A stretch of DNA of 64,000 nt from an uncultured candidate division Zixibacteria bacterium. GTDB lineage: Bacteria; Zixibacteria; MSB-5A5; GN15; PGXB01. The notes under the pieces were generated by a model. That model saw only the letters and a program-made list of their open reading frames with translations, had not been told where the DNA came from and made no database searches. Below are positions 10,292 to 20,970 of this stretch, in pieces. A program made the translations under genes and the position numbers. Position 1 is the first letter of the stretch. Each line of letters begins with the position of its first letter. The DNA is taken from the NCBI GenBank assembly GCA_963702205.1, contig OY969724.1, forward strand, positions 1,792,001-1,856,000, in the 5' to 3' direction.

Positions 10292-10732
10292 TTAATACTG
10301 CGGCGGGTTGTCATCGCCGGTTTCAAAACCGCTTTCGGTGACTTCCGGGCCGGTATTGTCATCGGTTTTTTCTTTGGACATTTTATTTTTCAGGTCCCTG
10401 AGCTTGCCAAACAGGTCCGGCACGGCTTCGACCAAAGCATCGAGTTTGCCCGGTTTGGCCGAAAGCAGCGAGATTTTTTTCTCATCCATAATAATAAAGG
10501 CCGAGGGCTCGATTCTGGCCGCGCCGCCGCCGCCGCCGCCGAAACCGGCGCCTTTGTCGTTTCTCTCACCCTGGCCGCCGCCAGCACCGAAACCAACCGA
10601 AATTTTGACCACCGGAACCACCGTCTTGCCTCCGACCGTAATCGGATCGCCTATCACGGATTGTGATCGTGCGATTTCCTTCAGTTCGCCGACTATATCC
10701 TTTAAAATTTCCGATACTCTGTTATCAGCCAT
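10292..10732 (-). CDS. YtfJ/GerW family protein
   Basis: VIGDPITVGGKTVVPVVKISVGFGAGGG...GGGGGGAARIEPSAF. Confidence 0.9.
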   Translation of the reverse strand: MADNRVSEILKDIVGELKEIARSQSVIGDPITVGGKTVVPVVKISVGFGAGGGQGERNDKGAGFGGGGGGAARIEPSAFIIMDEKKISLLSAKPGKLDALVEAVPDLFGKLRDLKNKMSKEKTDDNTGPEVTESGFETGDDNPPQY

Positions 10733-11345
10733 AGCTGACTCCTTTCGTTCTCAATATGAAAAATCTTCTTATTTTCGTTCCGACTATATCGGTAAGTAAC
10801 CGAAGAATCAACCTTACTATATAGTACATTTTGATAGTTATCAGCCCTTTTCCATTGAAGGTGAGACAGTTCGATGAAAATTCCGGCGAAAATGTAATGT
10901 GTGACATAAAGCGCGGCGAGATGCCTTTGGCGGTCCAGTATATGGCGGCGGCATTGCCGGTATGATACGGGTCCTCAAATCCGCCCGCGATATTCAGGTT
11001 AAGATATCGGATGTGGATTTTTCTTAATAATTGAAGAGCCCATCGGGCATAGACGAATTTTAATTTCGGTATTTTGAATCTGCGTTTCCTGGCTTTGGGC
11101 TTTTCAATTGAAACTTTTTTAGCCTTTGCGGCTTTGGCCTTTTTGCCGGTTTTAATTTTTTTAATCCGAAATCCGGCCAGTCTGATTTCAAGATGCCGCT
11201 TTGGCAGATCGAATGAGACCGTCCCGAATAAAAAGGCCAGTGCCGCGAATTCGGCATCGTCACTGAATTCGAATTTCAGCCGCAGCGGCGAGGTCAGCAC
11301 TATCGCGACAAGCGCAACCAATATGACAAAAATAGTTATAAGCAT
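10725..11345 (-). CDS. DUF2953 (YtfI-like) membrane-anchored protein
   Basis: N-terminal TM helix and GFEDPYHTG motif; overlaps the ytfJ-like gene. Confidence 0.75.
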   Translation of the reverse strand: MLITIFVILVALVAIVLTSPLRLKFEFSDDAEFAALAFLFGTVSFDLPKRHLEIRLAGFRIKKIKTGKKAKAAKAKKVSIEKPKARKRRFKIPKLKFVYARWALQLLRKIHIRYLNLNIAGGFEDPYHTGNAAAIYWTAKGISPRFMSHITFSPEFSSNCLTFNGKGLITIKMYYIVRLILRLLTDIVGTKIRRFFILRTKGVSYG

Positions 11346-11389
11346 GGCTCTCTTATCAATATCGGACGATTTTTATATGATCGTAGTTG

Positions 11390-12061
11390 CTATTTTGTTT
11401 CCGCCGACGGACATAATTTTGCCAGCGGGCAGTGGCCACAGTCCGGCCTGCGGGCTTTGCACCGCGCCCGGCCGTGGTCGATCATCAGATGTGTAAATTT
11501 GATCCAGTCTTTATGCGGAATAATCTCCATCAGGTCCCGCTCGATTTTGACCGGGTCGGCCTCAGAAGTAAATCCCAGCTTGTTGGATATGCGTTTGACA
11601 TGCGTATCGACCACGATGCCCTCGGCAAGGCCGAACGCCTCGCCCAGCACCGCCGATCCGGTTTTGCGGCCGACTCCCGGAAGCGCCACCATCTCGTCGA
11701 GCGTGCGCGGCATCTCGCCGCCGTATTGTTCGACAATGATCTTCGATGAGTTTTTTATCCCCTTAGCTTTATTGTGGAAAAAACCGGTTGAACGGATGTC
11801 ATTTTCGAGATCTTTGATGTCGGCGACGGCAAAAGCCTTGACAGTCTTATATTTCCTGAACAGGTCCGGTGTGACCATATTGACGCGCTCATCGGTGCAC
11901 TGGGCCGAGAGTATGGTCGCCACCAATAGCTGATGAGGCGTCTTATAAACGAGCGAGCATTTTGAATCGGGGTACGTTTTCCTGAGCAGAGCAATTATCT
12001 TTTTGGCCCGCGACTTAAGCTGCTCTGATGTTTCTTTGGTTTTCTTCGTAGATGGTGTCAT
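11390..12061 (-). CDS. nth: Endonuclease III
   Basis: LSAQCTDERVN, LPGVGRKT, VDTHV and the C-terminal 4Fe-4S Cys motif. Confidence 0.96.
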   Translation of the reverse strand: MTPSTKKTKETSEQLKSRAKKIIALLRKTYPDSKCSLVYKTPHQLLVATILSAQCTDERVNMVTPDLFRKYKTVKAFAVADIKDLENDIRSTGFFHNKAKGIKNSSKIIVEQYGGEMPRTLDEMVALPGVGRKTGSAVLGEAFGLAEGIVVDTHVKRISNKLGFTSEADPVKIERDLMEIIPHKDWIKFTHLMIDHGRARCKARRPDCGHCPLAKLCPSAETK

Positions 12062-12065
12062 AGGA

Positions 12066-12926
12066 TCAATATTTCAAAAAAGCGAGCCGGTCGATATCGT
12101 TTAGGTCCCTCATAATAGTATACGATTTGTACCGGCCGTCGGCTTGGACCGTTTCCGCCACTTTTTCCGACTGATCATAACCGATCTCGAACATGACCGC
12201 GCCGCCTTCGGCCAGATAGTCGGGCGCGGATTTTATGATGCGATTAATTATATCCATCCCTTCGCTTCCTGAGACCAGCGAGATTTTGGGGTCGGCCAGG
12301 ACTTCGGGGGGAAGACCCTCGTATTCGCCGTCGGATATGTACGGTGGGTTGGACAAAATCAAATCGAATTTAATGTTCGAATCCAGAGCGGCGAACAGAT
12401 CGGAACAAATAAATTCTATTCGCTTCTCGACTTTGTGAGTCTTGGCATTCTTTTGGGCGACCTTGATGGCACCCTCGGATATATCCACCGACGTTATCCG
12501 GGCTTTTTCATATTCCGCGGCAACCGTAACCGATATCACGCCCGAACCGACCCCCAAATCCAGCACCTGTGCCATTTCCAGATTTTTGTATTTCAGGAAA
12601 TTAATGGCTGTCAGGCACAGCAGTTCTGTCTCCGGGGTCGGAACCATGACATCGGGACTGACAAAAAATTTCCGCCCGTAAAACCACGATTCTTCTAATA
12701 TATATTGCAGGGGATAGCGGGTCATGCGCCGGTCGATTATTTTGTTGAATTGCTTAATAATTTCATCGTTGATCAGACGATCGCCGTGTAAATAGAGGTC
12801 GATTCTTTCGATATCAAGCAGGGACAACAGGACAAGTTCCACCTCGGCGGCGGGTGAATCGATTCCGGCCTGTCGCAGCCGGTCTTCGGCATTTTTGATA
12901 AGTTGATGGAATTGCTGCCGGTCCAT
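12066..12926 (-). CDS. prmC: Release factor glutamine methyltransferase
   Basis: PLQYIL, PTPETE, LDLGVGSG and SNPPY. Confidence 0.95.
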   Translation of the reverse strand: MDRQQFHQLIKNAEDRLRQAGIDSPAAEVELVLLSLLDIERIDLYLHGDRLINDEIIKQFNKIIDRRMTRYPLQYILEESWFYGRKFFVSPDVMVPTPETELLCLTAINFLKYKNLEMAQVLDLGVGSGVISVTVAAEYEKARITSVDISEGAIKVAQKNAKTHKVEKRIEFICSDLFAALDSNIKFDLILSNPPYISDGEYEGLPPEVLADPKISLVSGSEGMDIINRIIKSAPDYLAEGGAVMFEIGYDQSEKVAETVQADGRYKSYTIMRDLNDIDRLAFLKY

Positions 12927-12927
12927 A

Positions 12928-13149
12928 TCAATCCGGCAGCGGCCCGAACAGCCCCCATTCCATTAAGGCCTGCCTGTCGGGCGGGGTGGCGCAGCCGCAA
13001 CGTCGGTCGCCCTGATGCCGTAACTCAGGTTTGTGATTTCGTCCATGTGCAGGGCTATGCTCGGGCGGTTCGGCCAGAGGGATTTGCCGTAAAAGAACGA
13101 TTCCTCCGATAAGGATCGAACCGCTTTTTATAAAATCTCGTCTCAGCAT
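12928..13149 (-). CDS. Small hypothetical protein with twin-arginine-like N-terminus
   Basis: MLRRDFIKSG plus hydrophobic stretch; GAGGA RBS; exactly fills the tldE-prmC gap. Confidence 0.55.
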   Translation of the reverse strand: MLRRDFIKSGSILIGGIVLLRQIPLAEPPEHSPAHGRNHKPELRHQGDRRCGCATPPDRQALMEWGLFGPLPD

Positions 13150-14501
13150 TTGGAATCATCCTCGGCTTCGGTAACCAGGTTGAAATTGTCGATTTTCATG
13201 GCGGGCACTTTCATAAGGATCGAATATTGCGGATAGACCACCCGGTCTTTGGACAGAGCCGTGATATTCGAAAAGGCGTCGAGTATCGATTGGTTGGTGC
13301 GCATGTTCCGAATCGGTGACGTTATTTCGCCATGCTCGATCTGGAAAGTCCCATCGCGGGTGGTTCCGGTGACCATGGTTTGCATCGGATTTAAAAAGTT
13401 CAGGTACCAGAAGTGCGTTATATAGACACCCTTTTCGGTATTCTTGATCATCTCGGGAATCGACGAATCACCTGCGGCGACGACCATATTTTTTGGGTAC
13501 GGACCATAGCTATTGTCGGGAGCGAGAGCGCTGCCGGTCGATTGGGTGTTCAACAGATTGGCGTAGTACGAATTATAAACCACACCTTTGGCGATGCCGT
13601 TCTCTATCAATTGGACTTTCTTTCTCGGTGTGCCTTCATAATCAATCAGGGGAGAGGCAAAATCGGGATCGAAGGGGTCTTCCGCCACCGTGAAATTTTC
13701 GCCGGCGATTTTATCGCCGATTTTTCCGGCCATAAACGAACGGTGCTGGTACAGCGTCGCGCACCCGAACCCCATAAAGGACAGAAGAATCAAGAGCTGC
13801 CCGACCGCGGCCGGTTCCAGTATGACCGTGTACTTACCATCTTCGAGCGCAATGGGATCCTTCGATGATGCCGCCTTTTGCAGCGCCGCGAAAGCCAGGT
13901 TTTCGGTGTCTATCTTCGAAGCGTCGTGGTTGTAGGCCATACTCCAGCCGGAATTGTTCTCTTTGCCCGCCAGTGTCATGCTTATCTGCGCCTGATTGCC
14001 GGTGAAATATCGTGATACGCCCAGCGAATTGGCTACGGCCAGAGTCTTTTGCTCGATGCGGAACGCCCCCGACGAATCGCAATAGCCCTGTTGGGCGACT
14101 TCGAAAATTCTGGCAATGGCTTCCGCTCGCTGCGTGGGACCGAATGAAGCCGTGTCTTCAGATACAAGGTTCTCGGTGACCTTCTCATCCGAAGGTTTCT
14201 CCAGAGAAATGAAATCTTCGTCGGGCACCATATACGCCAGCATCGCTTCGCAATCGGCGACGGCCTTCTTGATACCGGTTGGCGACAGATCGCCGGTCGA
14301 AATTACACCGAGCTTTTTATCTTTGACGCATCGGATGTAAAGTGCGGTTTCGTCCTGATCGATATGATCGGTTATACGATGCTCCGCAAAACGGGTGAGC
14401 GCCAGGCGGTTTTGCTCTATGACCGCTTCGGCCATGTCCGACGTGGAATACGACAAAGCCGCTTTGAGCATTTCCCGGGCTTTTTCTTTGTCGATTATCA
14501 T
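13143..14501 (-). CDS. TldE/PmbA family protein
   Basis: YTVILEPAAV, DYEG, TGTTRDG and VPAMKIDNF; no HExxH; start set at the ATGA overlap with tldD. Confidence 0.9.
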   Translation of the reverse strand: MIIDKEKAREMLKAALSYSTSDMAEAVIEQNRLALTRFAEHRITDHIDQDETALYIRCVKDKKLGVISTGDLSPTGIKKAVADCEAMLAYMVPDEDFISLEKPSDEKVTENLVSEDTASFGPTQRAEAIARIFEVAQQGYCDSSGAFRIEQKTLAVANSLGVSRYFTGNQAQISMTLAGKENNSGWSMAYNHDASKIDTENLAFAALQKAASSKDPIALEDGKYTVILEPAAVGQLLILLSFMGFGCATLYQHRSFMAGKIGDKIAGENFTVAEDPFDPDFASPLIDYEGTPRKKVQLIENGIAKGVVYNSYYANLLNTQSTGSALAPDNSYGPYPKNMVVAAGDSSIPEMIKNTEKGVYITHFWYLNFLNPMQTMVTGTTRDGTFQIEHGEITSPIRNMRTNQSILDAFSNITALSKDRVVYPQYSILMKVPAMKIDNFNLVTEAEDDSKC

Positions 14502-15964
14502 GACCCGGTTCCGATCTCTACTTTGTCGAAGCGGCACGGCGAGGCACCCTGGGCCGTACGGGCGTTTTGCCCCGGCTGGCCTTTGCCGCAGTTGGGTGTG
14601 CCCCAGATGCGGTACGAATTTTTGTCGGCGATGCCCGAGCAGCTGTTCCAGAATTCGGTCGTGCAGCCCGAATAGGTCGGGTTTTTTATCGGGGTGGTCA
14701 GCTTGCCGCCCTCAATTAGCCAGCCGATTTCACAGCCGAACTGGAAATAACGCCGTTCATCGTCGATCGACCATGAATTGACCGTATCCATGTAAATTCC
14801 ATCGTCGATTTCCGACAATAACTGCTCAAAACTCTTATCGCCGGGGACCATGTCTATACCGGGGATGCGCACTATCGGTACATTGATCCAGCTGTTGGCG
14901 CGCATGCAGGCCGTCGATTCACGACCGATCCGCGCCGCCGTCTCGCGTGATGATAAATAATTGACCAGCACACCGTCTTTGATAAGCGGCGTCCGTCGGG
15001 TCGGGACGCCTTCGTCGTCGTAGCCGTACGACCCCAGTCCGTGGGGCGTGGTTGAGTCACACATAACCGTGACGATATCGGAGGCATATTTCAACGTGCC
15101 CAGCTGGTCGGGCGTAGCGAACGACGTCCCGGAAAAATCGCGCTCGGCCCCGAACACCCGGTCCAGTTCGAGCGGATGACCGATTGATTCGTGCATTTGC
15201 AACGAAACCTGGTCGCCGGACAGAAGAATGGTCGTCGTTTTTTGCGGGCAGTCTTCCGCCGACAAAAGCATTTTCAGCTCTTCGGCCAAGCGCGGGATAT
15301 TATCTTTGAATTTAAGTTCATCCAGAAGCTCATAGCCTTTGCACTCATACTGTCCCGCCGACGTCGGGAAGGAGCGTTCATAACGCTCGCGATGAGACTT
15401 GGACAGGCCCAGGGAGAGCCCGCCCCCGGTCTGGACCAGAAGCTGCGAGATATCAGCCCCATCGCCGGAAGCGAAATATTTTTCGCGCCGACGGAACGAG
15501 GCAAAGACATTACGATTAATCATGCCGTCGACCCCGGCCTCGGTCATGGCCCGGTCGACGTCCTGTAAAAAAGAAATTTTCTCATCCAGCGGTACCTTGA
15601 ATGGGTCGATTTTATATATCGAAATGTATTCATCGCTGATCGGTTTGACCGGCGCCAGCTCGATGCTCGCCTTGTTAACCATCGCCGAGGCCTCGGCAAT
15701 ATCGACCGCCAGCCGGGTCTTTTCGTGAATGGCTCTTTCGCTCAAATCGTCGGTCGACGCAAACCCCCAGGCGCCGTTTTTGATGACCCTGATGCCGATC
15801 CCGATCGAGAGGCTGTTCTCAATCGGCTCGACCGTGCCGTTGGCAACGGTAATGTTCTGATCCTCAATGGCCTCGATACGGACGTCGGCGTACGTAACCC
15901 CGAATTTGCGGGCGTCGTCGAGCGCGATTTGCGCCAGTTTTTTCTTATTCAACTCGTTCAGCAT
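14498..15964 (-). CDS. tldD: TldD family metalloprotease
   Basis: HESIGHPLELDR, YDDEG and CGKGQP. Confidence 0.93.
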   Translation of the reverse strand: MLNELNKKKLAQIALDDARKFGVTYADVRIEAIEDQNITVANGTVEPIENSLSIGIGIRVIKNGAWGFASTDDLSERAIHEKTRLAVDIAEASAMVNKASIELAPVKPISDEYISIYKIDPFKVPLDEKISFLQDVDRAMTEAGVDGMINRNVFASFRRREKYFASGDGADISQLLVQTGGGLSLGLSKSHRERYERSFPTSAGQYECKGYELLDELKFKDNIPRLAEELKMLLSAEDCPQKTTTILLSGDQVSLQMHESIGHPLELDRVFGAERDFSGTSFATPDQLGTLKYASDIVTVMCDSTTPHGLGSYGYDDEGVPTRRTPLIKDGVLVNYLSSRETAARIGRESTACMRANSWINVPIVRIPGIDMVPGDKSFEQLLSEIDDGIYMDTVNSWSIDDERRYFQFGCEIGWLIEGGKLTTPIKNPTYSGCTTEFWNSCSGIADKNSYRIWGTPNCGKGQPGQNARTAQGASPCRFDKVEIGTGS

Positions 15965-16089
15965 AAGAACTTTAATATAGTCGTCGTGTTATAAAACTGT
16001 CAACCAAATTGAAATGAAAGATTGCCAGATTTTTAAAATTTTGTTATACTGGCCGGAAATTAATATTAAAGACTTCTGAGGTCTATATT

Positions 16090-16899
16090 ATGATGAAATC
16101 AATCGTCCTGTGGATAATTGCCGTTGTTTTGACGCTGGCTTCGATTACTTTTCAGCGCCTGACCGGTCCGACCCATCCGACCTACGGCTCGGTGACAATC
16201 GGCGGCCAAAAAATAAAATACAGTTTGCCGCGCTCGGCAACCTCGACTATGGATGAGGAAATAAAGGTAAAGGCCACCGATCTGAACATCACCGGCCAAA
16301 TCAGATTCCGGAGATATAAAAGCTACGATGAATGGACCACGGCTTATATGAAGCGGGAAGGTGATAATCTTAGCTATTTCATCCCCAAACAACCGATGGC
16401 CGGTAAGGTCATGTATCAGGTGACGTTGACCGATCAGGCCGGTAACTCCAAACCGTTAACGGATGAACCGGTCATTATGCGTTTCAAGGACCCGGTGCCG
16501 GATTTTATTCTCTTTCCTCACATATTTTTCATGCTGGCCTGGATGTTCATGGCGACCCGGACCGGCCTGCAGGCTTTTGTTAGAGGAAAATCCCTGTTTA
16601 AATATACTCTGGTCACCACTATTTTCGTAATCTGCGGCGGGCTGATTCTCGGTCCCTTAGTGCAGAAGTTCGCCTTCCACGCTTTCTGGACCGGCTGGCC
16701 CATAGGCCACGATCTGACCGACAACAAAACGATCATAGCCTTTATTTTCTGGGTAATCGCTTTGTGGCGGGTCAAAAAAGGCAGGGGGCGCGGTTGGGTT
16801 ATTGCCGCGGCTGTATTGACTCTGGTCGTATATTTAATACCACACAGCACCCTCGGATCGGAAATCGACTATACCAAGCTGCCGCAAGCGGGCAATTAA
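16090..16899 (+). CDS. Conserved membrane protein
   Basis: TGPTHP, WTGWPIGHDLTDNKT and YLIPHS; several TM helices. Confidence 0.75.
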   Translation: MMKSIVLWIIAVVLTLASITFQRLTGPTHPTYGSVTIGGQKIKYSLPRSATSTMDEEIKVKATDLNITGQIRFRRYKSYDEWTTAYMKREGDNLSYFIPKQPMAGKVMYQVTLTDQAGNSKPLTDEPVIMRFKDPVPDFILFPHIFFMLAWMFMATRTGLQAFVRGKSLFKYTLVTTIFVICGGLILGPLVQKFAFHAFWTGWPIGHDLTDNKTIIAFIFWVIALWRVKKGRGRGWVIAAAVLTLVVYLIPHSTLGSEIDYTKLPQAGN

Positions 16900-17816
16900 T
16901 CCTCTTTAAGTCGGTATGGTTTAAAAAACCTTAGTCCGGCTTTTTCGATAGAGTCGAGATATTCCTCGTTGGCCAGCGCCATTTCGTCGGCCACATAGTG
17001 CAGCCCGAAATAGCGAAGGGCGAAATTAATAAACCCCTGCTTTTTAATCTTTCTGATGCACTCATCGGCGGCTTTGCTTCCCTGAACACGTCGGACAACG
17101 TTGTGTATTTGTTCCAGACGCTCATCGGTGATTTCAGGTTTTACCGGATATTTCACACTGAATGCTTCCAACAGCTTTTGATCGTCGGGCATTTTGTATT
17201 TATCATTATGCACGATTATATCGAGTCCAAGTTTTTTTCTCGGTTCCGGGCGGTGTTTGGGATAGCCCAGAGAAAGCAGGACGACCGGAAGGACTCCCTC
17301 GGGGAGATCAAACATCTTGCGCGTTTCATCTATAAAATCGAAAATAGTGCCGATATAAACCGATCCCAGTCCAAGAGCATCGACGGCGGTACAAATGTTC
17401 TGGGCGGCGATGACGACGTCCTGAAATCCTATCCAGAAGTGAATAAACGAATCCGGGGCCGTGTATGGGGCGCTTTCGAGTTCGGCCCAGCGGCCCAGCC
17501 GGTGCCAGTCGAGACAGAACAATAAGTTAACCGGCGCTTCGCCGATAAATTCCTGTCCGCACATTTTACCCAGCTTTTTGCGGACGGCGTCGTCACGGAT
17601 TTTGATTATCGAGTATGGCTGAAGATTTCCGCCGGTCGGGGCGTGTATGCCGGCTGTGAGGATGGCATTAAGGACGTCATCGGGGACGTCCCTGGCTTCG
17701 AAACTCCGGCAACTGGCGCGCTCGTAGAGCAGTCTTATAGTCTCGTTTTCGTGGTGATCGCCTTTGGGCTCCGCCGGGCCGTGGTGGCAGGGCAGGTCTT
17801 TCTCTTCGTCGCTCAT
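16896..17816 (-). CDS. Nitroreductase family protein (NfsA-like)
   Basis: RASCRSF, APTGGNLQPY, LGLGSVYIG and LGYP. Confidence 0.9.
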   Translation of the reverse strand: MSDEEKDLPCHHGPAEPKGDHHENETIRLLYERASCRSFEARDVPDDVLNAILTAGIHAPTGGNLQPYSIIKIRDDAVRKKLGKMCGQEFIGEAPVNLLFCLDWHRLGRWAELESAPYTAPDSFIHFWIGFQDVVIAAQNICTAVDALGLGSVYIGTIFDFIDETRKMFDLPEGVLPVVLLSLGYPKHRPEPRKKLGLDIIVHNDKYKMPDDQKLLEAFSVKYPVKPEITDERLEQIHNVVRRVQGSKAADECIRKIKKQGFINFALRYFGLHYVADEMALANEEYLDSIEKAGLRFFKPYRLKED

Positions 17817-17832
17817 ATAAGTCCTCCTATAT

Positions 17833-19074
17833 TTAGAACGGCCAGTCGATATACGGTGCCGGGGTTTTTATGAGATTATCGAGTCTGGTTATCAATCCGG
17901 CCGGTGCCGAAAAAGTGTCGGTCGCTGTAAGGGCCGTCGCGCTTCGCAGACCCAGCCACAGCCGCGAAAAAGCATTAACCGTGGTCCTGATCTTCGGCAG
18001 CCCTTTTGTTAGACCTTTCTTAGCCGATGACTTCGATCCCAGGACAACCGTATAGTCGCCGGAAATCCCGCGCCATTTGAAACCGCTGTCGAGATATTTT
18101 TTTATCGGATCGTGCAGTTCTAAATTGAACTTGACATCGTTGCCGTCGAAATGCGTCTTTTTCAGGCACCCGGCCAGATCACAAATCCTGATTTGCCACC
18201 AGGCGATAGCCGAATTGCGGTTTTCTTCCTCGCCTTTGTACGTCATATTACGGTGGCGGATAGGCCGGGTCAGAAGGTCCTGAAACTGGATGTCGGGCGG
18301 CTCGATCATTCTCATCGTTACGATTTGCTCCCCGAAACTTTTCACGAGAGCCATCAGTTCGCGGAATTGCTCGAAATTCTGGTAGGCGATGCACATGATA
18401 AAGAACGGTCCGCGCTCTTTGCCGCGACCGGAGATCCAGATAAAATGGGTCAGGTTGCCTTTGGCGTCGGTATAGCCCAGGCCGAAAGCGTTTTTATCCT
18501 TGATCATCTCCCAGCGGGTGCTTTCGGGAATGTGCATGTTTAAAGAACCGTGCCGCCGCCGACGGTTAAGCCGTGCTTTGTGCATTCGTTTCCAGTCTTT
18601 ATGGCCCAGTCTTATCGGGATGCGCGGCTTGACGGTGACGTTCAGCGATGAAGGGGCAAAGAACTGGATGTGATCGTACACGCCAGTACCGAAACCGAGC
18701 TTGTCATAATACCCCTGCTCGAACATCCCCAGCCCGGCCACCAAAGCTCCATCGCGAACGTCTTCGGAAATTTTGGCGGCAGTCAGGCCCGCCGCCAGCT
18801 TCTGTTTGCGGGCCAAAAGCGACGTGGTCACCCCGGCGATAGCTGAAAATTTCAGTTCTTCGTCGAAATGACGGATGTCCCCGAAATAACTGGCCACCAG
18901 ACACTCGGGCCAACCATCGACGTCGGCCACAATCGTCCGGGCCTTTTCTATGAGAACGTCCATCGGGTCCGGGTAGCCCTGTTGTATCCAGCCACAATCG
19001 TACCATATCTGATGCACGGCTTCTTTGTCTTTCCTGGGGTTGTACTTTCTATACTGCATGTTTATATTCCTCAC
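17833..19074 (-). CDS. Eis-like GNAT acetyltransferase
   Basis: IAGVTTSLLARKQKLA and YYDKLGF; C-terminal sterol-carrier-like region. Confidence 0.75.
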   Translation of the reverse strand: MRNINMQYRKYNPRKDKEAVHQIWYDCGWIQQGYPDPMDVLIEKARTIVADVDGWPECLVASYFGDIRHFDEELKFSAIAGVTTSLLARKQKLAAGLTAAKISEDVRDGALVAGLGMFEQGYYDKLGFGTGVYDHIQFFAPSSLNVTVKPRIPIRLGHKDWKRMHKARLNRRRRHGSLNMHIPESTRWEMIKDKNAFGLGYTDAKGNLTHFIWISGRGKERGPFFIMCIAYQNFEQFRELMALVKSFGEQIVTMRMIEPPDIQFQDLLTRPIRHRNMTYKGEEENRNSAIAWWQIRICDLAGCLKKTHFDGNDVKFNLELHDPIKKYLDSGFKWRGISGDYTVVLGSKSSAKKGLTKGLPKIRTTVNAFSRLWLGLRSATALTATDTFSAPAGLITRLDNLIKTPAPYIDWPF

Positions 19075-19117
19075 GATTGATGGATGCCGACAGTCCTTTT
19101 ATAAGACCAAAACGGCG

Positions 19118-20227
19118 TTACAGCAATCCTTTTTTTCTCATTTCTTTCATCTGTTTATGGTACTGTGTTATTCTTTTCTGCCATTCGCGCTCTGATTTAC
19201 GGCGCTCCTTTTCGTTTTTACGCAGGTTAAGGTGTTTTATTTCCCGCTGAAGTTTCAAATAGTTCCTGAAGCGATCTTCATCCAGACTTCCGTCTTCAAT
19301 AGCCGCGGTTATGGCGCAGCCCGGTTCACCGTTGTGACTGCAGTCGGCAAAACGGCACTGCTTTTCAATCGCGGCAATATCTTCGAACGTCCGCGAGATG
19401 TCATCGCTTTCGCCCCAGGCCTGGATTTCCCGAAGGCCCGGTGTGTCGATAACCATGCCGCCATTGGGCAATATGATAAGTTCGCGATGAGTCGTGGTGT
19501 GCCAACCACGACTGTCATCATCGCGGACGGCGCTGGTTTTAAGGCGTTCTTCACCCAGCAGACGATTGATGATAGTTGACTTGCCGACCCCCGATGAACC
19601 GAGAAAGGCAACCGTCCGACCGGGCAGGGCGTATTGCTTGAATACGTCCAGGCTTTCATCTTCGGCGGCGCTGACCGCATGAACCGGCATCCCGCAGGCG
19701 ATTCGTTCGACGTCGGTCGTCACTTGCCCGATGTCATCACGGAGATCGGCCTTATTGAGCAGTATCACCGGCGATGCCCCGCTGTCGTAAGCAACCGAGA
19801 CATAGCGCTCGATCCTGCGGAGGTTGTAATTTTGATCGAGCCCGGTGACCAGGAAAACCGTATCGACATTGGCCGCCAACCCCTGCCGTTCGATTTTGCC
19901 GTGACCGTACTGCGGTCCCCCAGCCAAAACCGCTTTTCTCGAAAAGAAGCTCCGTCGCGGCAGGAGGTGCTGAATGATACCCTTGTTTTCACTTTCGATA
20001 TATACGACCGCCACCCAATCGCCGACCGTCGGCGTATCGGCCATGCTGTTTGCGTGGAAAAGAAACTTGCCCGACAGTTCCGCAGGGTATTCGCCGTCGG
20101 TGCCTATTAAATGATAGAGGTTGCGATGCTGGAGGGCCACCCGCGCCGGGCGAAAATTAACATGGCCATCGAGCGTATTAAATTGATCGTCGAAATATTT
20201 ATTCCAACCCAAATGGTTAATATTCAT
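19118..20227 (-). CDS. rsgA: Ribosome small subunit-dependent GTPase A
   Basis: VGDWV, NKAD, GSSGVGKST, DTPG and the CRFADCSHNGEPGC Zn site; start moved to MNINHLGW. Confidence 0.95.
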   Translation of the reverse strand: MNINHLGWNKYFDDQFNTLDGHVNFRPARVALQHRNLYHLIGTDGEYPAELSGKFLFHANSMADTPTVGDWVAVVYIESENKGIIQHLLPRRSFFSRKAVLAGGPQYGHGKIERQGLAANVDTVFLVTGLDQNYNLRRIERYVSVAYDSGASPVILLNKADLRDDIGQVTTDVERIACGMPVHAVSAAEDESLDVFKQYALPGRTVAFLGSSGVGKSTIINRLLGEERLKTSAVRDDDSRGWHTTTHRELIILPNGGMVIDTPGLREIQAWGESDDISRTFEDIAAIEKQCRFADCSHNGEPGCAITAAIEDGSLDEDRFRNYLKLQREIKHLNLRKNEKERRKSEREWQKRITQYHKQMKEMRKKGLL

Positions 20228-20553
20228 CACTTTCTCCAAGGAGATAAAAATTCCGCAATTTACCGCGGCTTGTGATTTTTGGTAGATATAGCCGCGAACG
20301 TTTTCCACGCCCGCGCCAAAAGAATAAATAAACCCCGCCTGATGCGGCGTTCAATTTCTAAAGGATACGATTTTGCCGGAAGTCGCAATGACTGCCGGGG
20401 GCGTGGCACTTTTAGATTATTTCAACCGTGCCATCAGTCATTAATTACCCTCCGTTTGGGGCTAAACAATTAGTATCTCAGCTATATTTTATTGGCGATT
20501 TACGAATTGTCAAGATATTTTGTTGCAGGAAGCGGTATAAAAAGTATTGAAAT

Positions 20554-20958
20554 ATGAATACCCGGATCAAAATTATAACAATATTCATCTCACTGGCGAC
20601 AATGGCATTAATATCAGGATGCCACAAAAGCAGTCCGACCGATTCGGTCAACCCCGAAGTAACCAATGAACCGGGGAATTTTGAGTTCCTCCTGCCGGAC
20701 GTCCTCGACGCCAGCGCCACGTTGAGTTACGACTGGATCAATACTAATGCCCTGGCGGCGATCGGTCATAAGTCAAATCCTATAAATGGCACCGCTATCG
20801 TAAGAATCAAAGACGCAGGAGGAACCGAAGTTTATGTCAGCGATCTGCTTGAAAGCGGGACCGAACAAAGCGCCATCGGTGTTCCGGGGACCTGGACAAT
20901 TACTGTGACACTGGACAAATTCGATGGTACAGCCCAGTTTACAGTCAATGATATTTAG
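20554..20958 (+). CDS. Lipoprotein of unknown function
   Basis: Signal peptide with lipobox LISGC. Confidence 0.75.
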   Translation: MNTRIKIITIFISLATMALISGCHKSSPTDSVNPEVTNEPGNFEFLLPDVLDASATLSYDWINTNALAAIGHKSNPINGTAIVRIKDAGGTEVYVSDLLESGTEQSAIGVPGTWTITVTLDKFDGTAQFTVNDI

Positions 20959-20970
20959 AGAAAATCACGG

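Noticed and set aside
10292..11345. Sporulation capacity implied by ytfJ/ytfI-like genes and spoVG
   Set aside because: These families are widespread in non-sporulating bacteria.
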